The notes beneath the pieces are model-generated. The model was given only the letters and a program-made list of their open reading frames with translations, searched no databases and was not told where the DNA came from. Both the position numbers and the translations under genes were made by a program. DNA of 64,000 bases from Heteronotia binoei (taxonomy: Eukaryota). This document shows positions 35,407-48,876 of this stretch, in pieces; positions within the stretch are counted from its first letter, which is position 1; each line of letters starts with the position of its first letter. Location: contig NC_083235.1 in the NCBI RefSeq assembly GCF_032191835.1, forward strand, positions 15,500,001 through 15,564,000, written 5' to 3'.

Positions 35407-38400
35407 TAATAAAAAGTTTGTATTGCAAAGTCGTATTGTTTCCACTACTAAGCCCTCATGTTCTTTAAACCCCATCTAGGGAAATATAGACCGCAAGAGA
35501 AGGACGCTTTGGTTAACTGGTCCCAACTGTGCAAACTCCTGTCTCTGGGGTCCGCCTTCCAACCTAATGAAAAAGGCTCAGGTTGACTCAACCAGGCTTC
35601 TCTTCTGCACAGGCAGACGTGGGCCTGCTCTTCTGTCTACCAAGTAGGGCACGGCAAGATTGCTGTCTAGAAAGTTCAGGGAAAGAAGGGACAATGTAAG
35701 CCTATTAGACGCACTAGATCAGGGCGAACTAACTGGTAATTCTGGCACGAAGCCCAAGTCCTTGTGATGAACGGGGTGTGTATTACCTTCGGCATGTGCG
35801 AGTCTGCGTTCCTGTGCATTTTTAGTTAAGGCGAAGCCCCGCTGAATACAGTAGGATTTGTGCCCAAGTAATCATGCCTAAGAGCCATGCGTTGGATTGA
35901 TGTAGAGCTCCCCCACGCAGAAAACCTCTTAAAAATTGTATGACTATTTAGTGAGGGAATCTAGCCGTATTGCTTCTGTATTTGCTGGCTGCTGCCACAT
36001 TATCTCAACACATTCTTTAATCGTTGGGAACGGAACATCTGGAAATCATGCACTTCTTTCTGTTACTGCAGCACTGCTGACTTCTAGCCAGGTGAGCTCC
36101 ATTGTCCTCAGTACATTTTTAAAAGTCCTTGCCTATCTTTGTTGGGCTCCTATGCCACCACAGCAGAGTCCTCCTAGAGAGAGACAACTTCCCTGCCCTC
36201 CTGCACTTGCCACACCTCGATTGGCTCCCTGAAATGTTGCTTCCTCTGCTCAGTGGAGCTAAAGGAACAGTGCTGGAGACATGTTGAAGCAACAGAGGGG
36301 AACTGGATAAACAAGCTGTCCTCCTGCCCACAGATGGGAATGCAGCTATGGGTTGCTGCTGTACCAGTGGAATGGCACCATAAGATCTAAGTCCTGTAGC
36401 TGAAGTCAAAGAGTATTCATATTATATTCCGCTTTTTTTTTTTCTTAAAGAAAGCTCAACGCAGCTTAGGTGGAACCAATGTTCCTTCTTAGCTGCAGTC
36501 TTGTGACCAAAAATTCTACTTTGTGAGCTACTGGCATTAAAACTGTGAGCTACTGGCATTAAAGTTGTAAGCTACTGCATAAATTATTGTGCTCTGGGGC
36601 CATTTTTCCTGAGCTGAGGCAAAAATGTGTGAACTGGAGGCTAAAAATCTGTGAGCTAGCTCACGCTAACTCAGCTTAGAGGGAACACTGGGTGTTACTC
36701 CAAAGGACTCACTGGACAAGTTAGGGGCAGCCACATTCATCATGCATGGTTCTCTTTCACATCTACTTTTTACCCCCAAAAGGGAGCTCTGAACTGACTC
36801 CTGCTTGAATTCTCTACCACTTCACCTCCAGGGTCCCTCTGCTTACAGGCGCCTTTTGTCCAACCTGACCCCATTGCTGGATGTGAACTGAGAAGAAAAG
36901 GGCTTCAAGGGATGGTACAGGGAGATAAGTTGAGGGTGGCTTTCTCTCTCCCCACCCTCTTGCCCCTTTGGGTCTATACTAAAAGTCCCTTCTGCCGTTG
37001 TACGTGTGAACAGGCTGTAGAGCTATTTTAAGATCTCAGAAGTCAAAGCACAGAGGGACCAGAGATTATCCTGCTCAGGGTTTTTTTTTAACAGGAGAAG
37101 CCCAGCAGGAACTCATTTGCATATTAGGCTACACCTGTTGACACCAAGCCAGCCGGAACTGTGTTCCTGCTCAAAAAAAGCCCTGATCCTGCTTTAGATG
37201 TGAGCAATGCTCCCTCTAAGCTGTGGAGTCTACTTCATGAGCTGCTGGCATTAAAGTGGTGAGCCAGTTATTTGGCTACTGCACAAGTTAGTTTGCTCTG
37301 GATCCATTCTTCCTGAGCTAAAACAAAAATGTGTGAGCCGGAGGCTAAAAAACTGTGAGCTAGCTCACACTAACCTAGTTTAGAGGGAACACTGGATGTG
37401 AGTCTGTTGACAGGTTCATAACAGAAGCGTCAATCTGCTCTCTTTCTGCTAGGACTCTTAACAGTGCTATCTTAAGCAGAGTTCTGGCTTTCTGAGCCTG
37501 TTGACTGGAGTGAACTTTAAAAGGGTTTGGGATGGCATTGCAAGCCTCTTTGAGAAACCTATTGCATAGAAATTGATTCGGTGGTACTTCATTCCACCAT
37601 GGAGAATGTGGATATTAATTAGCTCACCCTGATCCTAATTTGGGGATCTCCAGCTTTATTTCACCCCACCCCCCAAACAAAATAGAATTCCTTTTATCTG
37701 TGTCACAATGAGAATATGAATTAGAGACATAGCTGTCTAGTCTTTTGGACATTACACTCTGTTTTTATAACTAAAAAAAAAATCCTCCTCCCAGTTAAGA
37801 ATCCTGGTCGCCCACTCAAAACTACTCTGGATTTGATCATCTCACATTTTACAACCAAATTTGAGTCCAGTAGCACACTAAAGCAGGGGTGTCAAACATG
37901 CGGCCTGAGGGCTGGAGCAGGCCCCCAGAGGGCTCTTATTAGGTCTGAGAGCAACTCACTGTCATCTGCTTCCTTTCTCTCTTGGTTCCTTCTGCATCAC
38001 AGCTTGCTTTGCCAGGCTTGCTCAGTCACACAGGCACTACAGAGCAAAGTCTCTATATTCTCCATTGGCTGACCAGCACACGAAGCAACTTATGCACAAA
38101 AGCTCACAATGCCGAGACATTTCATATTCTCCCCTGGGTCTTAGGTTCAAAGCTATTGCATATGAGATTCCTGTAATGAACGTCAATAAATCAAAAGTAG
38201 GTTTGCAACTTACAGATACCCACCTGAACAACACCTGAACAGCCTACTAATCCTTTAAACAACCAATCTTTTAAACATGTTTTAAGTTTCTTAAAAAATC
38301 TTTAATTGTGTTTGTCTGTGTCCTTTATAAAGTTTATATCTCCTTTACCGGCATTACATTTTATGACACACATGGCCCGGCCCAGCAAGCTCTCATTTAT

Positions 38401-38580
38401 GTCAAATCCAGTCCTCATAACAAATGAGTTCGACATCCCTGCACTAGAGCATAGAGACCAATGAAGTTTTCCAGGGTATAAGCTCTTCTGCATCAACCTC
38501 ACTTTGTCAGGTATGTAAGAAAGCAAGCCTTAACTCATGGAAGCTTGATCCATCTGAATCACAACTGATATCACTTACTC

Positions 38581-38716
38581 CAGGGGTGGCCAACGGTAGC
38601 TCTCCAGATGTTTTTTGCCTACAACTCCCATCAGCCCCAGCCAGCATGGCCAATGGCTGGGGCTGATGGGAGTTGTAGGCAAAAAACATCTGGACAGCTA
38701 CCGTTGGCCACCCCTG
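38581..38716. mobile_element. 136-bp palindromic hAT MITE (CAGGGGTGGCCAACGGTAG family)
   Basis: Near-perfect fold-back; TSD ACTTACTC/ACTTATTC; other copies at 10240-10374 and 56666-56801. Confidence 0.8.
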
Positions 38717-41700
38717 ACTTATTCCATGGATCAGCATCTCGGTGCAAGTGAGGTAGCTATTCGTATTTTATTAATTTCAAAAATTTCAAATAAGCTAATT
38801 ATTGCTTATTTTTCCTTCTTTTTTTCTGGTTTCAGGTCTATTCTTTGTATGGTCAGTTTTCTGTATTTAATTGTCAAGTTTATGGAGTGCTCAGTGTGTG
38901 TCGAAACATGCTTAGTATTGGTTTTTGCACATGGAGACAATATGTTCTTTTAAACCTGTATTTTTGAAAATTGACATTTGTCTTGATACTGGGATTTGGT
39001 ATTTATATGCTGAACCACATGACTGTAGTTTTTAATCATATTTTAGCATTTCTAAATACCACTGTTTTGTACAATTGTACTACATTCGTAGTGATATGTT
39101 AATCTTTTCTTCTTTGTTCCAACCGCTTTGGTTGCCCTTCTTCTGCAAGGCTGGGATTTTCTCCCCCTTTTTGGTTGCATCTGGCCTCCGTATAGCAATC
39201 CTGGATGATGGTCTCCCATCTGCAGAGCTTTTTTTGTAGCAGGAGCTCCTTTGCATATTAGGCCACACACCCCTGATGTAGCCAATCCTCCTGGAGCTTA
39301 CAGGGCTCTTCATACAGGGCCTGCTGTAAGCTCCAGGAGGATTGGCTACATCAGAGGTGTGCGGCCTAATATGCAAAGGAGCTCCTGCTACAAACAAAGC
39401 CCTGCCCATCGGAGTACTAACTAGAGAGAGCCAGTTTGGTGTAGTGGTTAAGACTGGTGGACTCTAATATGGAGAACTGGGTTTGATTTCTCTCCGTGCC
39501 ACATGCAGCTGCTGGGTGACCTTGGGCCAGTCCTAGTTCTCTCAGAGCTGCTTTCTCTAGAACAGTTCTCTCAGAGCTCTCTCAGCCCCACCTCCCTTAC
39601 AGAGTGTCTGTTGAGGGGAGAGGAAGGGAAGGAGATTGTAAGCCACTCTGAGAACCCAAGTGAAGGGTAGGGTATAAATCCAGTTCTTCTACTGCTGACT
39701 AGGGCCCACCCTGCTTAGATTCTGAGACCAATTTCCCACTAACCTTATGTCGCTCTCACTCTCCTCTTCTCTGCGGGGCTCCTGTTGGATTTCACACTGT
39801 CTGCCCCGGGGCTGCAACTTGATCCGCCTCTTTCTTGCAGCAAACAAGATCCTCTAAAAACCGCTTTCTGTTTGCCACGTGAAAAAGGCGAAGCTAATTG
39901 CAGCCCCAGGGCAGATAGTGTGAAATCCGACAGAAGTCCGGAGGAGAATAGGAGCATGAGAGCGGCATAAAGGTGAAAGAGATTGAGAGTGATTGCTGCT
40001 GATTGCTTAGGAGTGCCTCTGCTCCACCCTCTTTGCATTTTAAGCTGTGCCTTGCCAAAGGCTGAGCACATCTCACAGAGGTCTGAGAGCAGCAAACAAG
40101 ATCCTCTGTTTCTGTTTGCCACACGAAAAAGGTGAAGCTAGTTGCAGCCCTGGGGCAGAAATCCGACAGAAGCCCAGAGGAGAAGAGGAGCATGAGAGCG
40201 GCATAAGGCTAGTGCGGAATCGGTCAGAGATTTACCAAGATCGAGCTAGCTTGTCCATCCAGGTCAGGACATGATGCATTTGTCCCTATGAATTCCCAGC
40301 TTTGAAAACATTCAGTGTACTAAAGTAAGGGCAGAGTCCTCTGTAGGCAAGACGGTTCAGCCATGAATGATGGCGCTTGAAACCAGGGCTTTTTTGGGGG
40401 GGGAGTGCCCCAGAGTCACTCTAGAAAAGTCCTCCTTGTCAGTCAAAACAAGGAGTGGCCAAACTGTGGCTCGGAAGTCTCTTCCACACATACCGAGAGG
40501 CTTTCAAAGCCCTCACTGCCCCGTCAGCTGGCTTGGAGAAGGCATTTAAAGCTGCTTTCTTTCCACCTCTCCCTCCCCAATCTATCTGCCTCCGTCTTTC
40601 CCTCCCTCCCTGTCAAACATCTGACAATTATTCTATGTGGCTCAAAACCATAACATCTTTATTGTTTATAAAAATTGTTGGACTCTTCTTAACAGTCTTT
40701 GATTTAACAAAGTATGTTAAAACATAGTCGCTTCAAGGTCATCATTCAGCCTTAAGCACCAAAAAGCAAGACCCGAAAAAGAAAGGAGGAAGTTGTCGAC
40801 ATGTCTAAAGTTTGGAAATTGCTTTAAAGTAGCAGTAAGTCTGCAGCACATTCAAATAATATTGTTTCAAGGAATCCAGTGAGTTTCTCCTTCATTTCCC
40901 TCCTGAGAGTTCCAGCACCTCTTTTTCCAGAAAAAAAGACCTTAAAGGGCTTGCTTTTTAAATTTTTTAAAATCTTTATCTATTTAATTTATTAAGATTG
41001 TGCAAAAGATGATACGATAATTAAAGGGGATATACATTATATGGTTGTAGAATCGTTGCATACAGAGTACTTCAGTTTAAAAAGACTGGAACTTGCAGTG
41101 GTCAATTTGAAATAACCAAAGATACCAAATATAAATGCAGTAATCACTGAAATAGGGAAATAGAGTATACTGTAAAAAGAGTCAAAAAATACCTGGGCAA
41201 TGCAACATCACCCCAGAGTCAGAATTATTCCAACATGGTAAAACAATTAAAACTAACAATAAACAATCAAACAGACAAATAATAAAACAATCAAACCGTT
41301 AAAACAGATTTAAAAATTAAAACAGTTAAACCATGGCTCAGAATTAGTTTAAGGCAGCATGGATGGGGTGGACACATCAATTAAGGCATACTTGTCACAG
41401 CTTAGGTGTCCAAAAGATGTCAACTGTATCGGCCCGATTTTGAGCAATGAGTACAGGGAGGCCAATTAGATGGCGTAATAGGATAAGGACGTCTGCCTAC
41501 CTCAGCCATAGGCCGGGTGGAACAGCTCCGTCTTACAAGCCCTCCGGAATGGCAACAAATTTGGTAGGGCCCGAACATCCATAGGAAACTGATTCCACCA
41601 GGTTGAGGCCACGGCTGAGAAAGTCCTGGTTGAGGCAAGCTGGATGTCCCTTGGGCCAGGGATGGTCAGGAGATGTTGACTGGCCGATCGTAATGACCTC

Positions 41701-42021
41701 CGGGGCTGGTGCTTGCAGTGGGAAAACGACTGGCGTTTGCACAGGGGAATTGCCTTTACTTTACAACAAACCAATATTGCATCTCATCCTATTTCTCAGT
41801 CAAACCAACTCTGTTGTCTAATTGTGAGTGTGAAAAAGGGAAGATGTGTGAGTATATGTTAAAAATGAGAGGTATACTGAAATATGTGGAATTGTGGGAG
41901 CTGATGTTATTAGAGGAGATGTAACTCAGCAAAAGGAAGTCATTTTCCTGTGAAGTTTGTTTGTTTGGGGGTAAATTTCTGATTGTTGAAGACATCTCCC
42001 CCCCCACTCTTCTTCCCAGCC

Positions 42022-42954
42022 ATGGCTTTTCAGAGCAACACAACTTGTTGCTATGGATTCATCCTACAAGGTCTCTCCAATCAGCCGGAACATGAGCGTC
42101 TCTTCCTCCCCATCTTCTTCTTCTTCTATCTGATGATCCTTCTAGGCAATCTGCTGATCACTCTCCTTATCTACTACAATGCCCGCCTCTACCAGACCCC
42201 CATGTATTTCTTCCTCAGCCATCTCTCATTGGCTGATGTGGGGTTTTCCTCCTCTACCGTTCCCAAGATGCTGCATAACCTACTGACTCATACCAAAAGC
42301 ATATCCTACAGTGGGTGCCTGTCTCAAATGTTCTTCTTCTTGGGCTTTGGAAACACAGAAAGTTTTCTCCTGTCCTCCATGGCCTATGATCGGTACGTGG
42401 CCATCTGCCACCCGTTTCGTTACGCCATTCTGATGAATCCGAGGAATTGTCTGCTCTTGGCTTCTGGCTGTTGGCTTTTGGGGTTTCTCCACTCCCTGCT
42501 CTACACCGTGCAGATGTCTTGTCTTTCCTTCTGTGGCTCCCGGGAGATCCCCCACTATTTTTGCGACCTGCATCCTTTAATCAAGCTCTCCTGCTCCGAC
42601 ACCTCAGCCATTCAGATGACCACCCTCACCGAGGGGACGGTGACCATGGTGGGACCCTTCGCAGTCACCATCCTCTCTTACGCCCTCATCTTCTACAAAG
42701 TTCTCAGGATCCCATCAGCAGCTGGGAAGCGTAAAGCCTTTTCGACCTGCAGTGCCCATCTCACCACGGTGGTTCTGTTTTTTGGGACAGTGATTGCTGT
42801 ATATGTCCGTCCCACCGCCACGTATTCCGGCACCAAGGTCCGGGTGATGTCCGTAGCCTACACAGCTGTGACGCCCATGCTCAACCCCTTCATCTACAGC
42901 CTGAGGAACTCTGAGATCCAGCAGGCTCTGAGGAAGTGCCTAGGGGTCATCTGA
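42022..42954 (+). CDS. Olfactory receptor B3 (310 aa), intact
   Basis: B-type OR motifs; ATG 42022 after acceptor AG 42018-42019; about 18 aa differences from B1. Confidence 0.95.
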   Translation: MAFQSNTTCCYGFILQGLSNQPEHERLFLPIFFFFYLMILLGNLLITLLIYYNARLYQTPMYFFLSHLSLADVGFSSSTVPKMLHNLLTHTKSISYSGCLSQMFFFLGFGNTESFLLSSMAYDRYVAICHPFRYAILMNPRNCLLLASGCWLLGFLHSLLYTVQMSCLSFCGSREIPHYFCDLHPLIKLSCSDTSAIQMTTLTEGTVTMVGPFAVTILSYALIFYKVLRIPSAAGKRKAFSTCSAHLTTVVLFFGTVIAVYVRPTATYSGTKVRVMSVAYTAVTPMLNPFIYSLRNSEIQQALRKCLGVI

Positions 42955-43070
42955 AGCCCCAGTTCTGTGGTGGCCTTTTCCCATGGCTCTGTGGCCTAGT
43001 TCAGGGATGGCCAAACTTGCTTAATAGAAAGAACCACTTAGAAGAAATGTCAGATGTTTGAGAGCAGCAA

Positions 43071-43419
43071 GGCAGGCAGGCAGGCAGGGAGGGAGGGAGG
43101 AAGGGAGAAAGGAAGGAACAGAGGGAGAGAAGGAAGGAAGGAACAGAGGGAGGGGGTAGGGAAGGAAGGAAGGAACGGAGGAAGGGAAGGAAGGAACAGA
43201 GGGAGGGAAGGAAGGAAAGAAGGAAGGAACAGAGGGAGGNNNNNNNNNNNNNNNNNNNNNNNNNNNNNNNNNNNNNNNNNNNNNNNNNNNNNNNNNNNNN
43301 NNNNNNNNNNNNNNNNNNNNNNNNNNNNNNNNNNNNNNNNNNNNNNNNNNNNNNNNNNNNNNNNNNNNNNNNNNNNNNNNNNNNNNNNNNNNNNNNNNNN
43401 NNNNNNNNNNNNNNNNNNN
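43071..43419. repeat. Short polypurine minisatellite behind B3
   Basis: Same units inside MITE 43002-43545. Confidence 0.85.
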
Positions 43420-44592
43420 GAAAGAAAGCAATTTTAACTTTAATCCATTCTCCAAGCTCCAATGGGGTGTCAGGGGATCTGAGACCAACACACTACATGT
43501 GAAAGAGCCACATGTGACCCCCGGGCTGCAGTCTGGCCACCCCTGGCCTAGTGTATACTGAACCCATGGTTCCAGGAAAACTGGCAACTTTTATCTATGC
43601 CAAGGTAACCACCAAGCTGGAGCCCATCGGAGCAATGAGATGAATTCAACCATGAAGACAGCCATCTGGGAACTGAAACTTCAGGACATTCCAAGTTCTG
43701 GGTCATATATTTTTGCTGTTCTAAGCTTTGCTTTTAAGTCCCTTGCATCTTTGTAAAATAAACAACATTTTAAAATCCTTCTGACTACGTAGTGGAGGAA
43801 AGTGCTGTCAAGTCATTACTGGTGACCCTGTTGGGGTTTTGAGGCAAGAGATGTTCAGAGGTGGTTTCCCATGGCTGCCTCCACGTCCCAACCCTGGTAT
43901 TCCTTGGACATCTCCCATCTAAAGAATAGCCAGGGTCAACCCTGCTCAGTTGCTGAGATCTGATAAGATTGGGCTAGCCTGGGCTATTCAGGTTGGGGCT
44001 TAGAATACATACAAGCAGGGCTTTTTGTGTAGCAGGAACTCCTTTGCATATTAGGCACCCCCCCCTGATGTAGCCAATCCTCCTGGAGCTTACAGTAGGC
44101 CCTGTACTAAGACCCCTGTAAGCTCTTGGACGATTGGCTACATCAGGGTTTGTGTAGCCTAATATGCAAAGGGGTTCCTGCTACAAAAAAGCCCCGCATG
44201 CAGGTGTCTTATATGGAAGCAGATTGCTGGTCCATTTAGTCTGGTGTCTGTCTCCAACAGTTTTCTCCAGAAATGTGTCCTAGCTGAGTTTCTTTGGACT
44301 GGAATGGCCAAGGAATGAATCTGCCATCTTGTGTACACAATAAATATTTTGTAACCAATGAGCCATGGCTGCACCTCTTTGTCCTACAGTTGTGCCAGCT
44401 GTTAACCGGGTTTGGTTCCCCACTCCTCCACATGCACCTGCTGATGTGACCTTGAGCAGGTCACAAATTCTTGCAGAGCTGTCCTGTTCTTTCAAGAGCA
44501 GTTTCTGTCAGAGCTCTCTCAGCTCCACCTACCTCACAGGGTGTCTGTTGTGGGGAGGGGAAGGGAAATGAGATTGTAAGCTGCTCTGAGAC

Positions 44593-45204
44593 TAGGGTTG
44601 CCAAGTCCAATCCTAGAAATATCTGGGGACTTTGGGGGTGGAGCCAGGAGACTTTGGGGGTGGAGCCAGGAGATACTGGGGTGGAGCTAGGGGGGAGGGG
44701 GGGAAACGGCGCCGGGGAGCGTGGCGAGCCCATCTTGGAGGAGCAGCTGTGGTGGGGCGGGGGGGGGGGGGTGGCAGCAGCGCGGCGGCCTTGCCCGCTC
44801 TGCCTCTGGGGTGGAATCAGAGGGGGGGTGGAGGCGGGCCGGGGGCGTGGCGAGTCGCGAGTCCAGGTCCTAGAAGGGCCCGGATTCGCGGCTCGCCATG
44901 CTCTTGGCCTGCCTCCGCCCCCCCCTTCTCTGGTTTTGCCTCGCTGGTTTTGCCTGTGCTGCTGCCACCTCTTGGCTGCTCCTCCGTGATGGGCTCAGCC
45001 TGGGCCCATCTCGGAGGAGCAGCTGCGGTGGGCGGGGAGGGAGCGGCGGCGGCGCGGTGGCCTCGCCCGCTCTGGGATGGGGCGGCTCGCCATGCTCCTT
45101 GGCGCCGTTTCCCTTCTCTCCCCCACTTCCATTTTTTTGGGGAGCGGGGGAAGAGGCTGGAAATCCTGGGGTCCCCCGCCAGGGCGGAAGGGTTGGGAAG
45201 CCTA
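44593..45204. mobile_element. GC/CpG-rich TAGGGTTGCC-family hAT MITE inserted in a SINE
   Basis: Perfect 8-bp TSD TCTGAGAC (44585-44592, 45205-45212); absent from unit I. Confidence 0.8.
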
Positions 45205-46899
45205 TCTGAGACTCCTTTGGGTAGTGAAGGGAAGGGCAGAAATCCAATCTCTTCTTCTCTTAATATCCTAGCAGACATATTTTATTTTATCTAACCGTGA
45301 CTTTTACCCAGCCTTTCTGTTCCCAAGCAGCCACTGGGGAAGCTGACAATTTAAAATGCAAAAATTAAAATCTCATCATAAAAGACCATTGAAACTGACA
45401 CACAAACACAATACATCATTTTAAAACAGCTTAAATGCAAAAGATTAAAAAAAAAAACACTGGGGAGGAAAGAGGGATCACTGAAAGACAGCCAAATGAA
45501 ACAAAACAGTCTTCACCTGCTGGCGGAGGATGACAGTAGAAGGGGAAACACAAATCTCCCTGGGGAGAGAGTTCCAGAGTTTTGGGGCCACTACTGACAA
45601 AGCCCTACCTTGGACTGGCAAATGCCTAATTTCAGGAGGCAGGGGCACCACAAGCAGGGACTCTGAGGATGACAGCAGTGGTTGGGTAGGTTGATAAGGG
45701 AATTGGCAGTCCTTCAGGTTAACACATGGTTAACAGAGCATGCTTGAGGTAGTAGAACATAAAAGAAGTCATGTGGGATCAGGCCAATGGCCCATGAAGT
45801 CCAACACTCTGGGTCACACTTTGGGGGTGGAGCCAGGAGACATTGAGGTGGAGCCAGGAGCAAGACTGTGACAAGCATAACTGAACTCCAAAGGGAGTTC
45901 CGGCCATCCCATTTAAAGGGACCACACACCTTTTAAATACCTTCCCACTGCTGTAAATAATGAAGGATGGAACACCTTTTTGGGGCTCATAGAATTGGAC
46001 TCCCCTATCAGTCTCCATAGGGAATAATGCAGTGCCCAGCAGACATTTCCCTCCCACCCCCTGCTTTCTGATAACCATGAAGTGGAGGGAGGGCTCCAAA
46101 CCAGGGGATCTCCTGCCCCCCATCTGGGGATTGGCAACCCTATTTGGAGGGCACCAGCAGCTGAAGCCATGAATTGGGTGGTAAGAGCCTGAGTGATAAA
46201 AACAATGGAGGAAAAAAATCTCTTCACAACTTCTGGTAGAACTACCACATAGTCTCCACACCTGATGCGAGACAGTGTATCGGACTGTCTCTCACACCCC
46301 TGAAGCCGCCTTACACTGAATCAGACCATTGGCCCATCAAGGCCAGTGCTGTCTACTCAGATCGGCTGCGACTCTCCAGGACTTCAGGTAGACCCTGTAT
46401 TTCCCTGATGGCTTCCAGATGTCAGGAGGGAGTATTTCTTCCTGACCCAAATGCCAGTGACCTCGAGTGTGGTCTTCTAAGAGAGAAATATGGAAGGGGC
46501 AGTGGCGGATTAAACCCTGTGGAGGCCCCTGGGCAGTCGAAATCTTGGGGGTCCCCTCGCAAATTATCTTAGAGTCTGAGAGTTCGCCCCACCTCCGTCC
46601 CCTGCAGCATTCTTTAAAACTCCTTTTACTAAGCTGCAAGGGAGACGCAGAGAGAGACAAACTTGGTGAGGACGCCAGCAGCAGCCGCACCAGGCAAGTC
46701 AGGCAAAGAGCAGCTCAGTTGCTGGCTGTGTGTGCAGGCTGACAGGGGAAGGGGAAACGGGGGTGGGGGGGGCGGGCGGGGAAGCTGGTCTTGGGCCCCT
46801 AAAGGCGTGGGGGCCCATAGGCCAGTGCCTACTTGACCTAATTGTTAATCCAGCTCTGGGAAGGGGGCAACTCTGCATGCTCGCTCTGGTTGTAGCAAG

Positions 46900-47275
46900 T
46901 CCCTTTTGGATTTTCTTGGAGTCACTCCATGAAGGGGGGGGGGGGAAATCAGGAGGGTTTGCTTGCTGTCAACACTAGGCTAATTTGCCATGCCCTTGCG
47001 GTGGTTTGTCTGAACTAGTCCACAGAGAATCTCTCAAGAGGGAACCAGGCTGAGTCGTCCTCCATCCCTATGTTCTGGGTGTCGCAGCTCCCAAGAGTCC
47101 AAAGGCATGAAGAAAAGCTGGCGGTACCCTTGCATCACTGCCTTCTGATGCTGCAGCAAAGGATGCACCACATCTGTTCCACAGGAGCTCCCGGTGCGAA
47201 GCTCCTGCATCTTTCAGTTCAGCAACTTCGACGACGCGTGTGCGGTTCTAACTCTTGCTAATCAGTTGGGTAAGC
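46900..47275 (+). promoter_or_regulatory. Candidate promoter and first exon of C2
   Basis: Duplicate of 19560-19933; TCTCAAGAG at 47032-47040; donor GTAAGC at 47270. Confidence 0.48.
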
Positions 47276-48148
47276 AGGGGCACTGTGTGCACTGTAAGAG
47301 TTCTACTGTCCAATAAGCGTATCAAAGTGTTCCTTCTCTGAGTCCTCTCTAATGTACTCTCTACAAAGGACAACCTTTTGGAACTTTCAGGAAATTTGCA
47401 GCCATGTTGATGGCAAAATTCTGCTGGCAAATATATGTTTTGCACTGATTAAGATCAATGTTCCCTCAGAAAGAGCCCCATGGCACAGAGTGGTAAAGCT
47501 GCAGTACTGCAGTCCTAAGCTGTGCTCACGACCTGAGTTCAATCCTGGCGGAAGCTGGGTTCAGGTAGCTGGCTCGAGCTTGACTCAGCCTTCCATCCTT
47601 CCGAGGACGGTAAAATGGGGATCCAGCTTGCTGGGGGGAAAGTGTAGATGACTCGGGAAGGCAATGGCAAACCACCCCATATAAAGTCTGCCATGAAAAT
47701 GTCGTGATGTGACGTCACCCCAGATTCGGAAACAACTGGTGCTTGCACATGAGACTACCTTTACCTTTACTCTCTCTAAGCTGCAAAGTCTTGTGAGCAA
47801 AAATTCTGCTTTATGAGCTACTGGCATCGGAGCTACTGGCATTTAAGTTGTGGGTTACTGCATAAATTAGTGTGCTCTGGGGTCATCTTTCCTGAGCTAA
47901 GACAAAAATGTGTGAGCTGGAGACTAAAAATATGTGAGCTAGCGCACACTACCTCAGCTTAGAGGAAACACCGATTAAGACATAAGAAAGAATTATGGCC
48001 AAGGAGGTCTTTACATGACTTGTCACCAGTGTTCCCACAAAGTTGTTAGGGTGAGCTAGCTCACAGTTTTTTTAGCCTCTGGCTCACACATTTTTGCCTT
48101 ACCTTAGAGAGAAATTGGCCTCAGAGCCAACAAATAATTTATGCAGAT

Positions 48149-48876
48149 AGATCCAAGTGGGCAGCCTTGTTGGTCTGAAGTAGTTGAACAGAGCAGGAGT
48201 CAAGTTTCACCTTTAAGACCAACCAAGTTTTATTCAGAACGTAAGCTTTCGTGTGCTCTCTAAGCACACTTCATCAGACGAGGGGATGAAGTATTGTGGG
48301 CTGAAATACAAGCAGTTTGTTGATTAAGTATGCAGACTGATCACATGGTAAACCAGTGTGGCTCGGCCATTTGGTCTGGATAGCCATAAAAGGTCATAAA
48401 GTCCTCTGCTGATTGGCCTTTCTGTAAACCTAGGTGAATCACAAAAGGACGTGTATTTCCTAGTTGTAGTCCACCTAATTTACTTGATTGATGTTGATAA
48501 GTAAATTAGGTGGACTACAACTAGGAAATACACGTCCTTTTGTGATTTACCTAGATTTACAGAAACACCGATCGGCAGAGGACTTTATTACCTTTATGGC
48601 TATCCAGACCAAATGGCCAAACCACACTGGTTTACCATTGGGATCAGTCTGCATACTGAATCAACAAACTGCTTTCCATGTAGAAAATCCAAGTGGGCAG
48701 CCATGTTGGTCTGAAGTAGCTGAACAAAGCAGGAGTCAAATTCAGCTTTGAGACCAACCAAGTTTTATTCTGATCCCCTTGTCTGATGAAGCGTGCTTAG
48801 AGAGCACACAAAAGCTTACGTTCTGAATAAAACCTGGTTGGTCTTAAAGGTGAAACTTGACTCCTGCTTTGTTCAA
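48149..48876. mobile_element. Penelope-like element remnant forming a ~730-bp fold-back
   Basis: Arms of ~300 bp in inverted orientation around a 13-nt loop (48486-48498); flanked by AATTTATGCA (48136-48145, 48879-48888); truncated copy at 20797-21190. The Penelope assignment rests on recalled reptile pLTR ends. Confidence 0.7.
48240..48280 (-). ncRNA. Minimal type I hammerhead-like motif
   Basis: Minus strand CGT-CTGATGA-A-GTGTGC-TTAGAGA-GCACAC-GAAA-GCTT-ACG: core boxes, 6-bp stem II, palindromic AAGCTT in place of stem III, 3-bp stem I. Confidence 0.6.

Noticed and set aside
44593-45204. CpG island or first exon of a GC-rich gene
   Set aside because: Bounded by TIRs and a perfect 8-bp TSD, absent from unit I; its ORFs are low-complexity.
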